A stretch of 63,706 nt of DNA, filler included, from Reticulomyxa filosa (taxonomy: Eukaryota > Protista > Foraminifera): assembly GCA_000512085.1 (NCBI GenBank). It is 26 parts of 26 records of this genome, joined end to end, with 100 filler letters (N's around TTAATTAATTAA, not from the genome) between each part and the next. Parts side by side here need not be neighbours in the genome. Positions count along the whole stretch, not along the records: positions 1 to 4,774 come from ASPP01013285.1; positions 4,875 to 7,174 come from ASPP01001810.1; positions 7,275 to 10,008 come from ASPP01003553.1; positions 10,109 to 15,074 come from ASPP01005749.1; positions 15,175 to 20,305 come from ASPP01004112.1; 21 more parts are not named here. The stretch is one strand, 5' to 3'. Of this stretch, positions 1 through 16,219 are shown piece after piece. Each line of letters opens with the position of its first letter. The stretch's first letter is position 1. The notes under the pieces were generated by a model. The model was not told the DNA's origin, did not search any database, and saw only the letters and a list, made by a program, of their open reading frames with translations. The translations under genes and the position numbers were made by a program.

Positions 1-3000
1 TGCAACTTTAAATTTTCAGCAAAGAATTCTTTCATCCACTTAATTGCAAACTGTGCTTCTGGACCGAATACGTATGGATTAGTCTCTTTGGATACTTTAA
101 TAATGGGAAGCTTTGACAAAGAGAATATCGAGTGCAACACCTTTTTGTAATCGCTATCACTTCCATTCAATTTGAAAGGCATTTCAATAAAAAATGCCAT
201 GTTTGTATTGACGTGGAAACACTGCGACGCCGGCACATTCAATGTGGTATTGATATGTTGCAAAAATAATAGCTCAAATAAAAACATGTTCATTGAAGCT
301 GAAACGCAAGAGGAAATATCCAAATGATATACTATCAGGTTATCGACGCTGTAATTGAGGGTGGCACATTTGCTCGCAATGCCAATTAAATTTTCTTGCA
401 CCTGCTCCTCATTTGTGCAAGGATGATGCCTCCAAAACCCTTCCATTATACTTTTCCAGTCCATGGTATTACTATTGAATGCGATGCGCACTGCTTGCAT
501 TTTTGGATTAATCTTTCGGATTGAAGCAATATCTTGTTCAATCTTGAAGCTCTTGCCCATGCCAATTTGATCAGAGATATACAGCTGTACAAATGGTTTG
601 CGATTGACTGAGGAATTTGGTGAAGCAAATGCTTCTAATTCGTTACAATACAATTGCTCAATCAAGTGATTTGGAGTCTGGTCATTCATGACAATGCGTT
701 GAGACAAGCGAAAGGGATTTAGTTTTTGAGATAACATGTTATTGGGTGAATTTGACATCACAGCCAATAAATACGGAGTTTTCTTCAATTCATTCAACGC
801 ATTTTCACTCAACAGCAAAGTATGGAACAACTTAAGCACTCGCTCCAATGTTTCCAATGGTAACATTTCTGGCCACATTAAGCAATATAATGGAGGCTGC
901 AAAGCAATTTGTTTTGAAGGGATGGGAGGAGGGGGAGTTGCGGCAAGCTTCTGTTCTTGTTTATCTTGGTAATCTGTTTCTTCGTGGACTTTGGCTGACG
1001 TGATGGCTCGGAACAATAAGCATTCAATTTCCTCTTCTGTCGTATTTTCTTTGCATATCAAAATATGCTCGCTATGAGGAGTGACTCCAACACTTTTGAA
1101 CAACTCCAAAATATTCAGCATTTTATTAGCATTTTGAATTATTAAATTAGGTTTACCATATTCAAGCCCACGTAAGGATACATTACGAGCTACGTCATTC
1201 GAATGTTTCAAATTGGTCCAAATATCGGAAAACACGATCCCAAACTGATCCAATGCTTTATCTCCTTCTGCAGCTTCAAACTTCCATTTTTCGACAAAAG
1301 GTAACGCGTCAGAAAGATTGGAGTCAATACGTTGCAAAAATGGTAAAATAAATTTGGAGCAAAGTAGTGCTCGATGTTCTTGGCCGCAATTTACAATATC
1401 GTTTAACTTTTTGGAAAGACAACGTACTTCGTTGAATGTAAAGTAATTCAATATCGGGTATCTTATTCTCAATTGTGCACATTCTTTTTGCCACTCTTCT
1501 AATCTATTCTTCCATTCACTTTGCAAATCTTTAAACACTTCCAATGGCTCTGTCGCGGACAAATGCAATTTTTTTATCTCTTGCCGACCACCTTTCCTCC
1601 AAAACATCACTCGTAATGTTTCAATATCCTTGCACATGCCAAACTGCTTAATCAGTGACTCCACTTCTTTCAACTCTTTTTCTTTGGAAAATCCTAGCAA
1701 CACACGATCAATAGCCTGCTCGATTTGATCGCAGTTGAGTTTGTCTGATCCAATTTGCAAGACGAGCCACTCATTTGTCTGTTTTTTCTCTTCGCTATTG
1801 TCAATAACAATGGAACTGGCTTGTAATACTTGGTCACATCCAGCAAAATTCCATTGGCCAATTTGGTTTGCTTTTTCCAACAAACTAAAGCTTTGGACAG
1901 CTTGTAATCGACCGGCTTCTTCGACGAGAAAAGAGACACGACTCAGGTCCTCGTCGCAGCACTTTTTGAATTTAACAGTGAAATCATTGTCGCGTTTGTG
2001 AATCGTTAAAATCGCTTTTGCGACCTGGCTTGTCTCTTGTAAATTGGCGTCCCAAATATGCTCGCGAATATTTCCATTGACTGCACGCAATGCGCTCACC
2101 AATTGCTGGAACTGGACTTCCTTGCAATTGTCCAGTGTCTCCATAGTGTTTGCAAAATGCTCTTTGTTTGCAAAGTTTTCGCTAGTCGCCAGCTGTTCGA
2201 TCAGCTGTTTTTTATTTTTCACAATCAAATCTAACAATTCCACACATTGAAAAGCTTCATTTCCAAAGCAGCTGATACATTCATCATAACATTTGGACAA
2301 GTGTTGGATTGAAGGTTCTCGTTCGTTAAGTGCTTTAGAGCTGTTCTCCAATGACTGAACAAAGCAATGCCAATTGTTATCAGTTCTTATTGTGTGACTT
2401 GATTTGTGATATTCTTTTAAAATTTCGGTGGCATCTCTCAGCTTTGTCCAAGGAGTCACCATTTCTCTTAATTGTTTAATCTTTTCACGTTTTTCATGAA
2501 TGCCTTTTGCCATTGCCTCACTTCTTTGCTGAGACCAGTTTGGAAATAGGAATTTCAATTCCAAATTTAAATTACTCGCTTCAAACCATTTCAAATCTTC
2601 CATAGAAAATGACTCCTTTTCTATTGTCTGTCTCAACTCCATCCATTTTTTGCTCACTCGAGTATAGAGTTCGTCCATACTCGTCTCAAACGTCAACTTT
2701 CCTTGCTCTTTCATTTCTGCTCGGTACATGCTCCATAGCTTTTTAAATGCAAAGCTATCCTTGATATCTGCCAAATATTTCATTGTTCCTTCTCGTTTTT
2801 GAAACATCTTTTGTTCAGTCTGATAGCTTTGACATGCTTTTGGAAATGGCTCCAACTCCCAATTGGCACAGAAATTACCAAACTCTTGTAACCGTTCCGA
2901 GAGATCATCAGGAATCATATAATTTGTCGATACCACTGTGTATAACTGTTTCAATCGCACAAATTCTTTGTACTTTTTTAATACGTCCAATAATGCATTG

Positions 3001-4760
3001 ACTTTGTTTTGAATATTGTTGTCTTTCCATTTGGGCAAAGATTTGCTGATCAATTGAATGTTGTTCTTGTTGTTATCACGTTCGAGAAACTCGCACACAC
3101 AAAATGCAATTGACTCATCTTCAGTCATTGTAAATAAATTATTCAATGCCATTTCCATAAAGGTTTGCAAGTGTTTCAATCGTTCCACTTTCGTTGATTC
3201 ACCTTGAATCAATGGCACCACGGGATACACAAAAAGCAATACTCCAAATAATATATTGACAATTTTGGTTTATCTTTGTCTACTTTTTCTTCTTTAGATA
3301 CTGCTTGTTTCTTTTCTTCATCTTCGGGTATTTCTTTATTGTCTTCGTTTTCTTCATTATCTTCGTTTTCTTCATCTTGATTTTCTTTTTTTTCCTCGAT
3401 TGCGTCCTTGTCTTTGTTAACATCTTCTTTATTTACAATCGGTTCCACTTGTACGGGAATATCCACAATAACTTCAAATATTTTGTTCAACAATTTCAAA
3501 TCAACAGATATGGACTTTGTCCCCAAAAGTTTTTTCATTCCCTCCAAAGATTTATCACTCCATTTTTTTCTGCTCAGCAATATTGCCTCTTTTTTCTTTT
3601 CAATTTCAGTTAGAAATATGTTTTGGTATTCACTAAGAAGATTCCAAAATTCGGGATGAGACATCAAAAGCACAAGTTGTTGAGGAGAATCCATGTTTTT
3701 TCCAATCATCTTGTTGTTTATCCAGTCAATCAATCTTTGCGATAAAAAGTCTTTCAAAGTATGCTTTCTTTCCTCTTGCGCTTCATATGTGAACAATTTC
3801 AACCATAATGCAAGCGATTTCTCTTCCATTAGAAGTCTTTTCAGCAATTTTTCAGAGGCATCTTTGACTTGTCTTTCAATAGATCTTTGGTCAAATGAGC
3901 AGTGTTTCCAAAGCATACCAAAAATAGCCATTAATGTATCGACATGATAGACCATCTCCGTTTTGTCAATGTAATGGTCCAATGTTTGCAACACATTTCC
4001 CCAATTTTGCCAAATCATATCTTTATGTTTTAGCATAAAAGAAATGAAAGCAATGAAAGTGTTATTGGACGAAACCACTTCATCTTGAAAGTGTTTTTCA
4101 TTGAATATGCCCAACAATTTTTTACGAACTTGCTCACTCTTTAATGCCCCAATAATTTGGGGTTTCTCCACAAACTGACTCCATTTTTCAAAGTTGCACT
4201 TGTACACATTGCCAATGACATCAGCACATTTCGAACTTTGAGTTGTCCACAGCTTAGCCCACGTCTCTGCCGTCATGAGTTCTTTGTTGGATATCAAAGC
4301 ATTCAATACTTCTTGGGATAAATCATTATCATTTTGCAAATGCAATATGTGCATCAAATGTACTTCTGCGCATAAGTTTGGATTGACACTGGGCAGACGT
4401 CGAATTTTTAGATCCGTTTCGACAACGTCTATACACCGTGCGGCCATTTGTGGCGCTTTCCTAACATTTTTGAAGTCGAACCGTCTCAAAAGCTCGCTGT
4501 TTGCTTGCATGTTTTGTCTACTTGTCAAAAGATTGAAACAAGGGACCAACATAAACTGTTGGAAGCCTTCCGCTTTAGCACACGGCTTCTCTCCACGTAT
4601 GTTGCGTTCTAAGTCACTCAAGAACGCTTTTCTTATAATGTCGATTGTATTGCTTGTTGATGCTGTTATCACACATTTCACTGCAGCAAATAGCTGTGGC
4701 GGAGACAAATATCCTCGTTGTTCTCTGAGTTGTTCGTTTGCAAATATAATTTGATAAATC
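1..4760 (-). CDS. RNF213/mysterin-like giant AAA+ ATPase (partial; runs off window start; one frameshift near 3214)
   Basis: ORF 3209..4708 continues after a 1-nt shift (TGG TGC CA TTG ATT) into a stop-free frame to base 1, which the ORF track does not list. Manual translation gives WQKECAQLRIRYPILNYFT, GKPNLII, HILICKENTTEEEIECLLFRA, PLYCLMWPE, P-loop LYISDQIGMGKS (~549-585) and YHLDISSCVSASMNMFLFELLFL, in the motif order I recall for RNF213. Confidence 0.75.
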
Positions 4761-4774
4761 TATTTTTTTTTTTT

Positions 4775-4874
4775 NNNNNNNNNNNNNNNNNNNNNNNNNN
4801 NNNNNNNNNNNNNNNNNNTTAATTAATTAANNNNNNNNNNNNNNNNNNNNNNNNNNNNNNNNNNNNNNNNNNNN
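4775..4874. other. Artificial contig spacer N44-TTAATTAATTAA-N44 (first of 25; others start at 7175, 10009, 15075, 20306, 22033, 23644, 26153, 31775, 33926, 35937, 37603, 38808, 40018, 41476, 42710, 45701, 49210, 51404, 52666, 53963, 56131, 58772, 60295, 62415)
   Basis: Identical 100-nt blocks with a 12-mer giving stops in all six frames. Composition and gene content change abruptly across them. Confidence 0.99.
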
Positions 4875-4889
4875 TATCTTATGCATTCA

Positions 4890-5410
4890 CTTTCTTTACA
4901 AACTAATGTAGGAAAATAAGCTTACTGACTGAACAGCACTATATCATGCAAATTAAAAGAATATTTTTCCGTTTTTGTTATATTGACGATTATCACAAAG
5001 CCTCGGAAAAATACTACTATCATTCAGATTATTTAAATAGAGCGTTATTTTTACCTAGATGATTCTAAACTTATGTCATGTTCAGGTGATAAAATAATTA
5101 GGATATGGAATGTATAATCAGGAAAACAAAGTTAATTATTAGATAGGTCATTCTAATGTTGTAGTTGAAGCAAAATTTTTATAGAATTATATCTTGTTCA
5201 TAGGATAATACAATTAGATTATTTAGAAAACAAATTCAGATATTTGAAAGACATAAAGATTCTGTTTAAATTTTTTTATTTGAAGACAATTCGTTGTATT
5301 CTAGTGATAAAATTGTCGATATTTGGAAAGTGAAAGATAGTATTTGGAAGAATATAAAAGGTTTAAAAGATGAACAAAAATTGTTTATAAAACAATGTGC
5401 ATTCTTTGAA
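4890..5410 (+). pseudogene. Decayed WD40-repeat gene fragment
   Basis: Fragments such as DDSKLMSCSGDKIIRIWNV, interrupted by stops and frameshifts. Confidence 0.6.
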
Positions 5411-5458
5411 ATGTTGTATATTTTGAAATATTTAATACAAGAAAATAAATTATTTTAA

Positions 5459-6511
5459 TTACCCCCAAATATGAATATTACCATTGCTTAAACCATAACA
5501 TAAAACAATATCATAATTATGATCATTTCTATTTTTTCGTTTATATTCTTGTTTTTTTAATGGTAAAAATTTAACACTATATATTCCATTAGTATTCACA
5601 ATATTATATAATTCATCTTTATTTTTTCGAATATCCCAAAAACGAATTGTACCATCTAATGATCCAGAACATATTACATTAGAATTAAAAGTTTCATTAA
5701 TATTTTTTATTATAAATGGTGAATATTCAACAGATGATATAAAATTTGTATGACCATTAAATAATTGAATTTGTTGATAAGATCGAATATCCCATAAACG
5801 AATAGTATTATCACCAGATCCAGAACATAAATATCGACCATTATTAAATTGTGAAAATTCGATACCTCCAACCCAACTAGTATGTTCATTTAATATTTGT
5901 AATTGTTTATTATGCTTAACATCCCAAAAACGAATTGTATTATCATCTGAAGAAGAGCAAATAATATGACGACGTTGATTATAATAATAATAATGTGAAA
6001 ATTTTACACAATATACAAAAGATGAATGTCCATTAAATAATTTAATTTGTTTATTATCTTCAATATTCCATATATGAATTGTTTTATCAGTTGATCCAGA
6101 ATAAATAAATTGATTACTATTAAATGTTGAATAATCAATACTATTTACACAATGATTATGTCCATTGAATGATTTAAGTAATTTGGATGATGAACGAAAT
6201 ATATCAAATATGAAGAAAGTATTTACCTGTATTAAATAGTAATTAATAATGCAAAATATATTGATTACAATTAAATAAATAAAAAAACTTAACATAATCA
6301 ACAATAAGTTTGTCAAAATCATTGATCCATCCAAATTTGATATGTAATATTCGGATCCAATATTGTATAATTACTTGAATATCTTTTTCTTCTTTTTCTG
6401 ACTAATTCAAAAATAGAATAAAATACAAGATAGTTCGTTTTTAAAAGTTGAAAGAAAGCTTACCAATGCTGAGTACGCTGATGTTTGCTTTTCATTGTAA
6501 AAAGTTGTCAT
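5459..6511 (-). CDS. WD40-repeat protein (expanded family, 2 introns near 5' end)
   Basis: Repeats GH..(V)..(FS)..SGS.D.TIR.WD in ORF 5459..6334. Likely ATG at 6511 followed by a GTAAGC donor, and an N-terminal motif IQYWIRILHIKFGWINDFDKLIVDY. Confidence 0.85.
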
Positions 6512-7069
6512 TCTTTCGATGATGTAAAATGGAAAAGGATTTTTTTTTTTGAACAGTAGTGAAAGATGGTAAAATGTACAATCTTTTGTTTTAATTTTAA
6601 TCTAGCTTTTCTGGGTTGGGTTTTATTAGAAAAGGACAAAACTGGAGTGGAAAACAGAACCATAATTGCAGATAACTTTTTAAAATAGAATGGAATTTGC
6701 TTGCCTTGTGTTTTGATTTGAAATATTTGAAAGATTTGGAAGAAAAAAAAAGGATGATTAAATCAACATGTAATAAAGTGCAACTTGATTGTATTAACTT
6801 TTCTCAATAGTTAACAATCAAATATATGTCAAACATAGACAAATGAGATATAGCATAATTTCAAAACCAACAAGAAATATTTGAGTATACATGATAATCA
6901 ACTTTCATCCCTTTTTCGTGATCTATTGCAAATTGAAAATTCTCTTTAAAAAGACCTCTTTGCGGATGGAATGATGTTTTCCGAAAATAAAAAAATTAAA
7001 GATTATCAATCTTCTTTTGAATCAAACATAATTTTTTTTGAAAAATCATAGTTCATTGACATTAACAAC

Positions 7070-7174
7070 ATGAGCAACCAAACCTTTCAAGCTTTGAAGG
7101 AATTACCCATTCCACTTTCTCGCTCTCAATGTGTGTTACACAAACACGAACTCCTCATTTGTGGAGGTTTTAAT
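7070..7174 (+). CDS. Kelch-like beta-propeller family protein, N-terminal fragment
   Basis: MSNQTFQALKELPIPLSRSQCVLHKHELLICGGFN, nearly the same as the family member at 60395-60852. Confidence 0.65.
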
Positions 7175-7647
7175 NNNNNNNNNNNNNNNNNNNNNNNNNN
7201 NNNNNNNNNNNNNNNNNNTTAATTAATTAANNNNNNNNNNNNNNNNNNNNNNNNNNNNNNNNNNNNNNNNNNNNTAGTTTCCAAATTGAACTTTTCAAAA
7301 TAGTTCAACATTGAATCAGCTCAAAGATCAAACACTGCGAAACTGACATTTAAAAAGATTTGAAAAGGATGAGAAAGCCTTTTAAAAGTTACATTGAAAG
7401 TTTATTTTTGTTTTATTTTAACAAAGATTGGTTGAGTAGCCAAAGGAACCGAAAAACTAAGTTAATTTGTGATTTAAACAATAACTCGCTGAACACGGAA
7501 ATGCATAACAAAGATTTGTCTAGTGAAATAAATTTTGTTATAATTTTTAAATAAGCTTAACATTTGCTGACCTTTCTGGGATGTACTCTATCCACCCAAA
7601 AGGGGGTCTAAAGAATTTTACTCTTGATCTAAAAAAGATAATAACAA

Positions 7648-9981
7648 ATGACATCAACTTCAGCATTTTCAAATATTTTGACATCATTTGCATCATTATC
7701 CCCGTTAATAAATGATTGTGATTCAGGTAAATTGGATGGCAGTTTACGAAAGAATCCGTTACTTGTGAAGAGTTTAGTGGAGTATGTGGAGCAGCGTTTG
7801 GTGAGCGAGATAATAGCGGCAACGGAAGATAGCACTAGCCACACTTTCGGAAATGACATGAAGAGTGTGTATCAAGACTTTGTCAGTATCATAGTGCACT
7901 TGTGCAGCATCCTTGGAAACATGAAGCTTGTGCAAAGAGAGCCTGGCATAAAGCAAATAATATTACCAGTTTTGTCCTTTCCATGTATTATTCTTTTTTT
8001 TTTTTTTCAACAAAAAAAAAAAAAAAAGAGATCATTAGATTGCCATAAATCAGTTCGAGAGACGATATGCGGTAAGACAGGAGTGAAGAATGAGAAAATG
8101 GCCAAAAAATGGCCAGAATACTTTAGCTGTGGAAAGAGCGCCAAGTCGAGTCCTCGACTCATCCGCAGCTTTTATCATTGCAATGTGCTGTATGAGATCT
8201 TGAATCGGAAACACCCCACTCCAGACCAAGGGCAGGACGCATCCAAGACCACTGAACGCTTCCTCGAGTATGAAATGTGGCCGCGGTTGATACAGCAATG
8301 GACAGAAGAGTTTAGTCACGTGGAGGCCTTTGAAGGATTGTCGCCCATTGCAAAGTTGTATTGGGTTCGCCACGTGGCATTGGTTTGCAAGTTGCTTACG
8401 CATACGCAAATCCCAGCGTCCAAGAGCATTCGCACAAGTTCTGGCTTGTACAAAGTCACGCCATTGCAACGCTATGTGCTGTACTTCAACAACGACACGT
8501 CCATTAAAAACACCACCGACGTCTTGGTTACCAATTTTTGGTTGATTTTGACTGATTGTTATGCCGACACGACACAACCTATATACGAAGTTTTGAATTT
8601 TTTTTTTTTTTTTTTTTTTTTTTGGCTTTGCGTATTTTGATTATATAACTTTTTGTGAATCAACAGCTGACGGCGATCGATGAAATTGATCACGTGCTGA
8701 CCCAAGCGTTGCAAGAAGTGGTTGACACGTATGTGTCAATTCTTACTTGGCTGGCGGGCAGTGAATCTGGCGCTGAACAATATTGGGACGCGTTTTTTGA
8801 TACGTTCGCCGCTCGAGATGCCCTCGTGCTGAAAGAACTCTTCTTAGGAGAAAAAATCCAATTGCGCAGAGCATTTCGCCAACAAATTGCGAAATTCCGG
8901 GCTGGTGATGATTTTTATTCCGTCAAAGTTGAGAAGTCCAATTTGAACACTTATAAAAGACAAATTTGCAATCAATAAAAAATTGACATCTTGCAAAAAG
9001 GATACATTTTTTTATTATTATTATTATTTATTATTATTGTTATAAAAAAAAAAAAATGCTAACTAGCGCAATAACGGCATTCCTGACAGATACGGACGTA
9101 ACGCAAAACCCTGACTTGAACATATCCAAAGATTATTATGAATTGTGTTGGGAGTTGGCGTCTCACACCAACGACAGCGGACTAAAGCATCGTTTATGCG
9201 ATGCCATTTTCCAAACGTTACGAGTGACCAACCAAAGCGAGACTAGTAAATATACCAATCGTCCTTTGGATTGCATTTTGTTACGTAAAAAAAAAAAAAG
9301 CAACGTATACAACACACAAACATAAAAAAAAAAAGAAATAAATTGGAGTGAGGAAAATAAATAAATGAAAATATTAGATATCTGTTGCAAATCCTATTGA
9401 GTTTGGTGAAGCAATGCGAAGTGAAGGACGAGTACATTGAAATCATGTTCGAAGATTGCCTGTTTGGCCGACAGTTGGCATTGTCGAAATGGAATGCAGC
9501 CAGTCAAAGCGCAGATCGCAAAAACTTGGCGTCGTCGTCGTCGTCGTCGTCGTCTTCCTCATGTGGACTGCCGAACCAGTTTTTATGCGGAGAGGAGTCA
9601 CTTCGAGGGAAGGCGTTTGAATTGCTCTCCGCGTTGCTCACCACCAAAGACAAAAAGACGACGGAATGCTTCCTTCACAAAGTATCCGAACACTTGGACA
9701 TACATCCGCACGTCCAGGAAAAGTGGGAAGACTTGAGCCGCTGTCAAAGACGAAGACATTTTGTCGGGTTGGAGAACTTGGGAAGCACCTGTTATTTGAA
9801 CTGCATCATTCAAACTCTATTCATGATCCCATCGTTTAGCAATCGCATTTTGCAATTCCCTTACGCCATTAAAAAAGTGCCTTTGTTGTGTCAAATGCAA
9901 AAGCTGTTTTTGATGTTGTCCAAGTCTCAACGACAAATGTTAAATCCAAAGCCTTTCATCGACACCGTTCGCACACCTACT
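7648..9981 (+). CDS. Ubiquitin-specific protease (USP/peptidase C19), large N-terminal region, multi-exon, 3' truncated
   Basis: USP Cys-box FVGLENLGSTCYLNCIIQTLF at ~9760-9822 followed by QMQKLF..L..S. Upstream exon-like ORFs are separated by poly-T/A introns. Start uncertain. Confidence 0.85.
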
Positions 9982-10230
9982 GTTTCGTGTGTATCTATGT
10001 GTGTGTGTNNNNNNNNNNNNNNNNNNNNNNNNNNNNNNNNNNNNNNNNNNNNTTAATTAATTAANNNNNNNNNNNNNNNNNNNNNNNNNNNNNNNNNNNN
10101 NNNNNNNNAAAAAAAAAAAAAAAAATTTGATTACCCTGGGAAGACGACGAAGACCCACTCACAAGTTTGTTCATCCTCTCCCCTCCTCCCCCCCCCTTTG
10201 TTTTTTTTTAAAATTTTTATTACGTAAAAG

Positions 10231-14891
<4,661 letters not shown>

Positions 14892-16219
14892 ACCAAGCTT
14901 TTTGATTTTCAAAGGTTGTTGGTGCTTTTTTTTTTATAGCTGTGACTTATATTTTTTAATCAGTTTTTGTTATTTGTTTATGTTTTTTTGTTTTTCTTCT
15001 CCAACAATTACACTACGTATGCTCTTTGCACTTTTTGGAAATTTTCAGTGAACAACTATTACAAAGGGACGTACNNNNNNNNNNNNNNNNNNNNNNNNNN
15101 NNNNNNNNNNNNNNNNNNTTAATTAATTAANNNNNNNNNNNNNNNNNNNNNNNNNNNNNNNNNNNNNNNNNNNNTTTTTTGCATTACAGCTGCAGCCCTC
15201 TTTCAAAAAAAAAAAAAATTATACGTCTACTTCCAAAGAAAAACCGGGGTTGAAGCCACCCCCATGTCAAAAAAAAGATGAAAAGGTTTATTTATTTTTC
15301 ATTTTTTATTTTTTATTTTTTATGAAAAGTATGTTTGTATTTGAATAGGCATACCCCCGTCCAAAAAAAAAATTTGTGTCCTCCTTCATTCATCGCACAA
15401 AAGAAAAAAAGTATATGAGATTGGAATTAGAGCTTAGAGCTCCAAGTCAAAAGTATGATTTTTTTTTTTAAAAAAATGAAAAACATTTGATTTGTGAATG
15501 TGCCAATAGGAGTAGAGCGCAATGATATTGGGAAGTTTTTTTTTTTATTTTGTATTTTTATTTGAGAGGGAAAACTTGTGGGAAAAGAAAAAGGGATGGG
15601 AAAAAATTGTTGGAAAAAAGGGGTGGGTAAAAATGGAAAAAAAGGGATGGGAAAAAATTATTGGAAAAAGGGATTGGGGAAAATGGAAAAAAAGGGAATG
15701 GGAAAAATTTTATTTGAGAAAAAAAAAAAATGAGAAATGAAATAAAAAGAATGAGAAAATTTAAAAAATGAAAAAAAATTTGGAAAATGAAAAAATAAAA
15801 TAAAAAAAATGGCAATGTGAAAAATGAAAAAGAAAAGATTAAAATGAGAAAAAAAAAAGAGAAAAAAATGAAAAGGGAAAAGGGGATGAATGAAGAAGAG
15901 TAAAGGAGAATGAAAAAAAATAAGAAGAATAAGAAGAAAAAGAAGAGAAGAACAACGCCAACGACAACAACAGCAACAGCTTATACGTGGATATGGATCG
16001 CTAGTATAGAAATGATCGTGTTAGTGCGCGCATGCGCAACTTGTGGCAAAGACATCGAAGCGAACAAGTCAAACTCATCAATGGAAAATGCAGAACGAGT
16101 GTGATAATATGAAACATTTGTAAAATTTGTTTGCCATAACATATGCACACAAGTCTCTTCTAAGAATGAAAAATAAATAAATAAAAATTATACCACTCTT
16201 TAGACTGTCAATGAAACAT

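Noticed and set aside
15522-15980. Lys/Trp/Glu-rich and Phe-rich ORFs with short GGGAAAA repeats
   Set aside because: Low-complexity purine-rich sequence; ORFs arise from base composition and have no domain signal.
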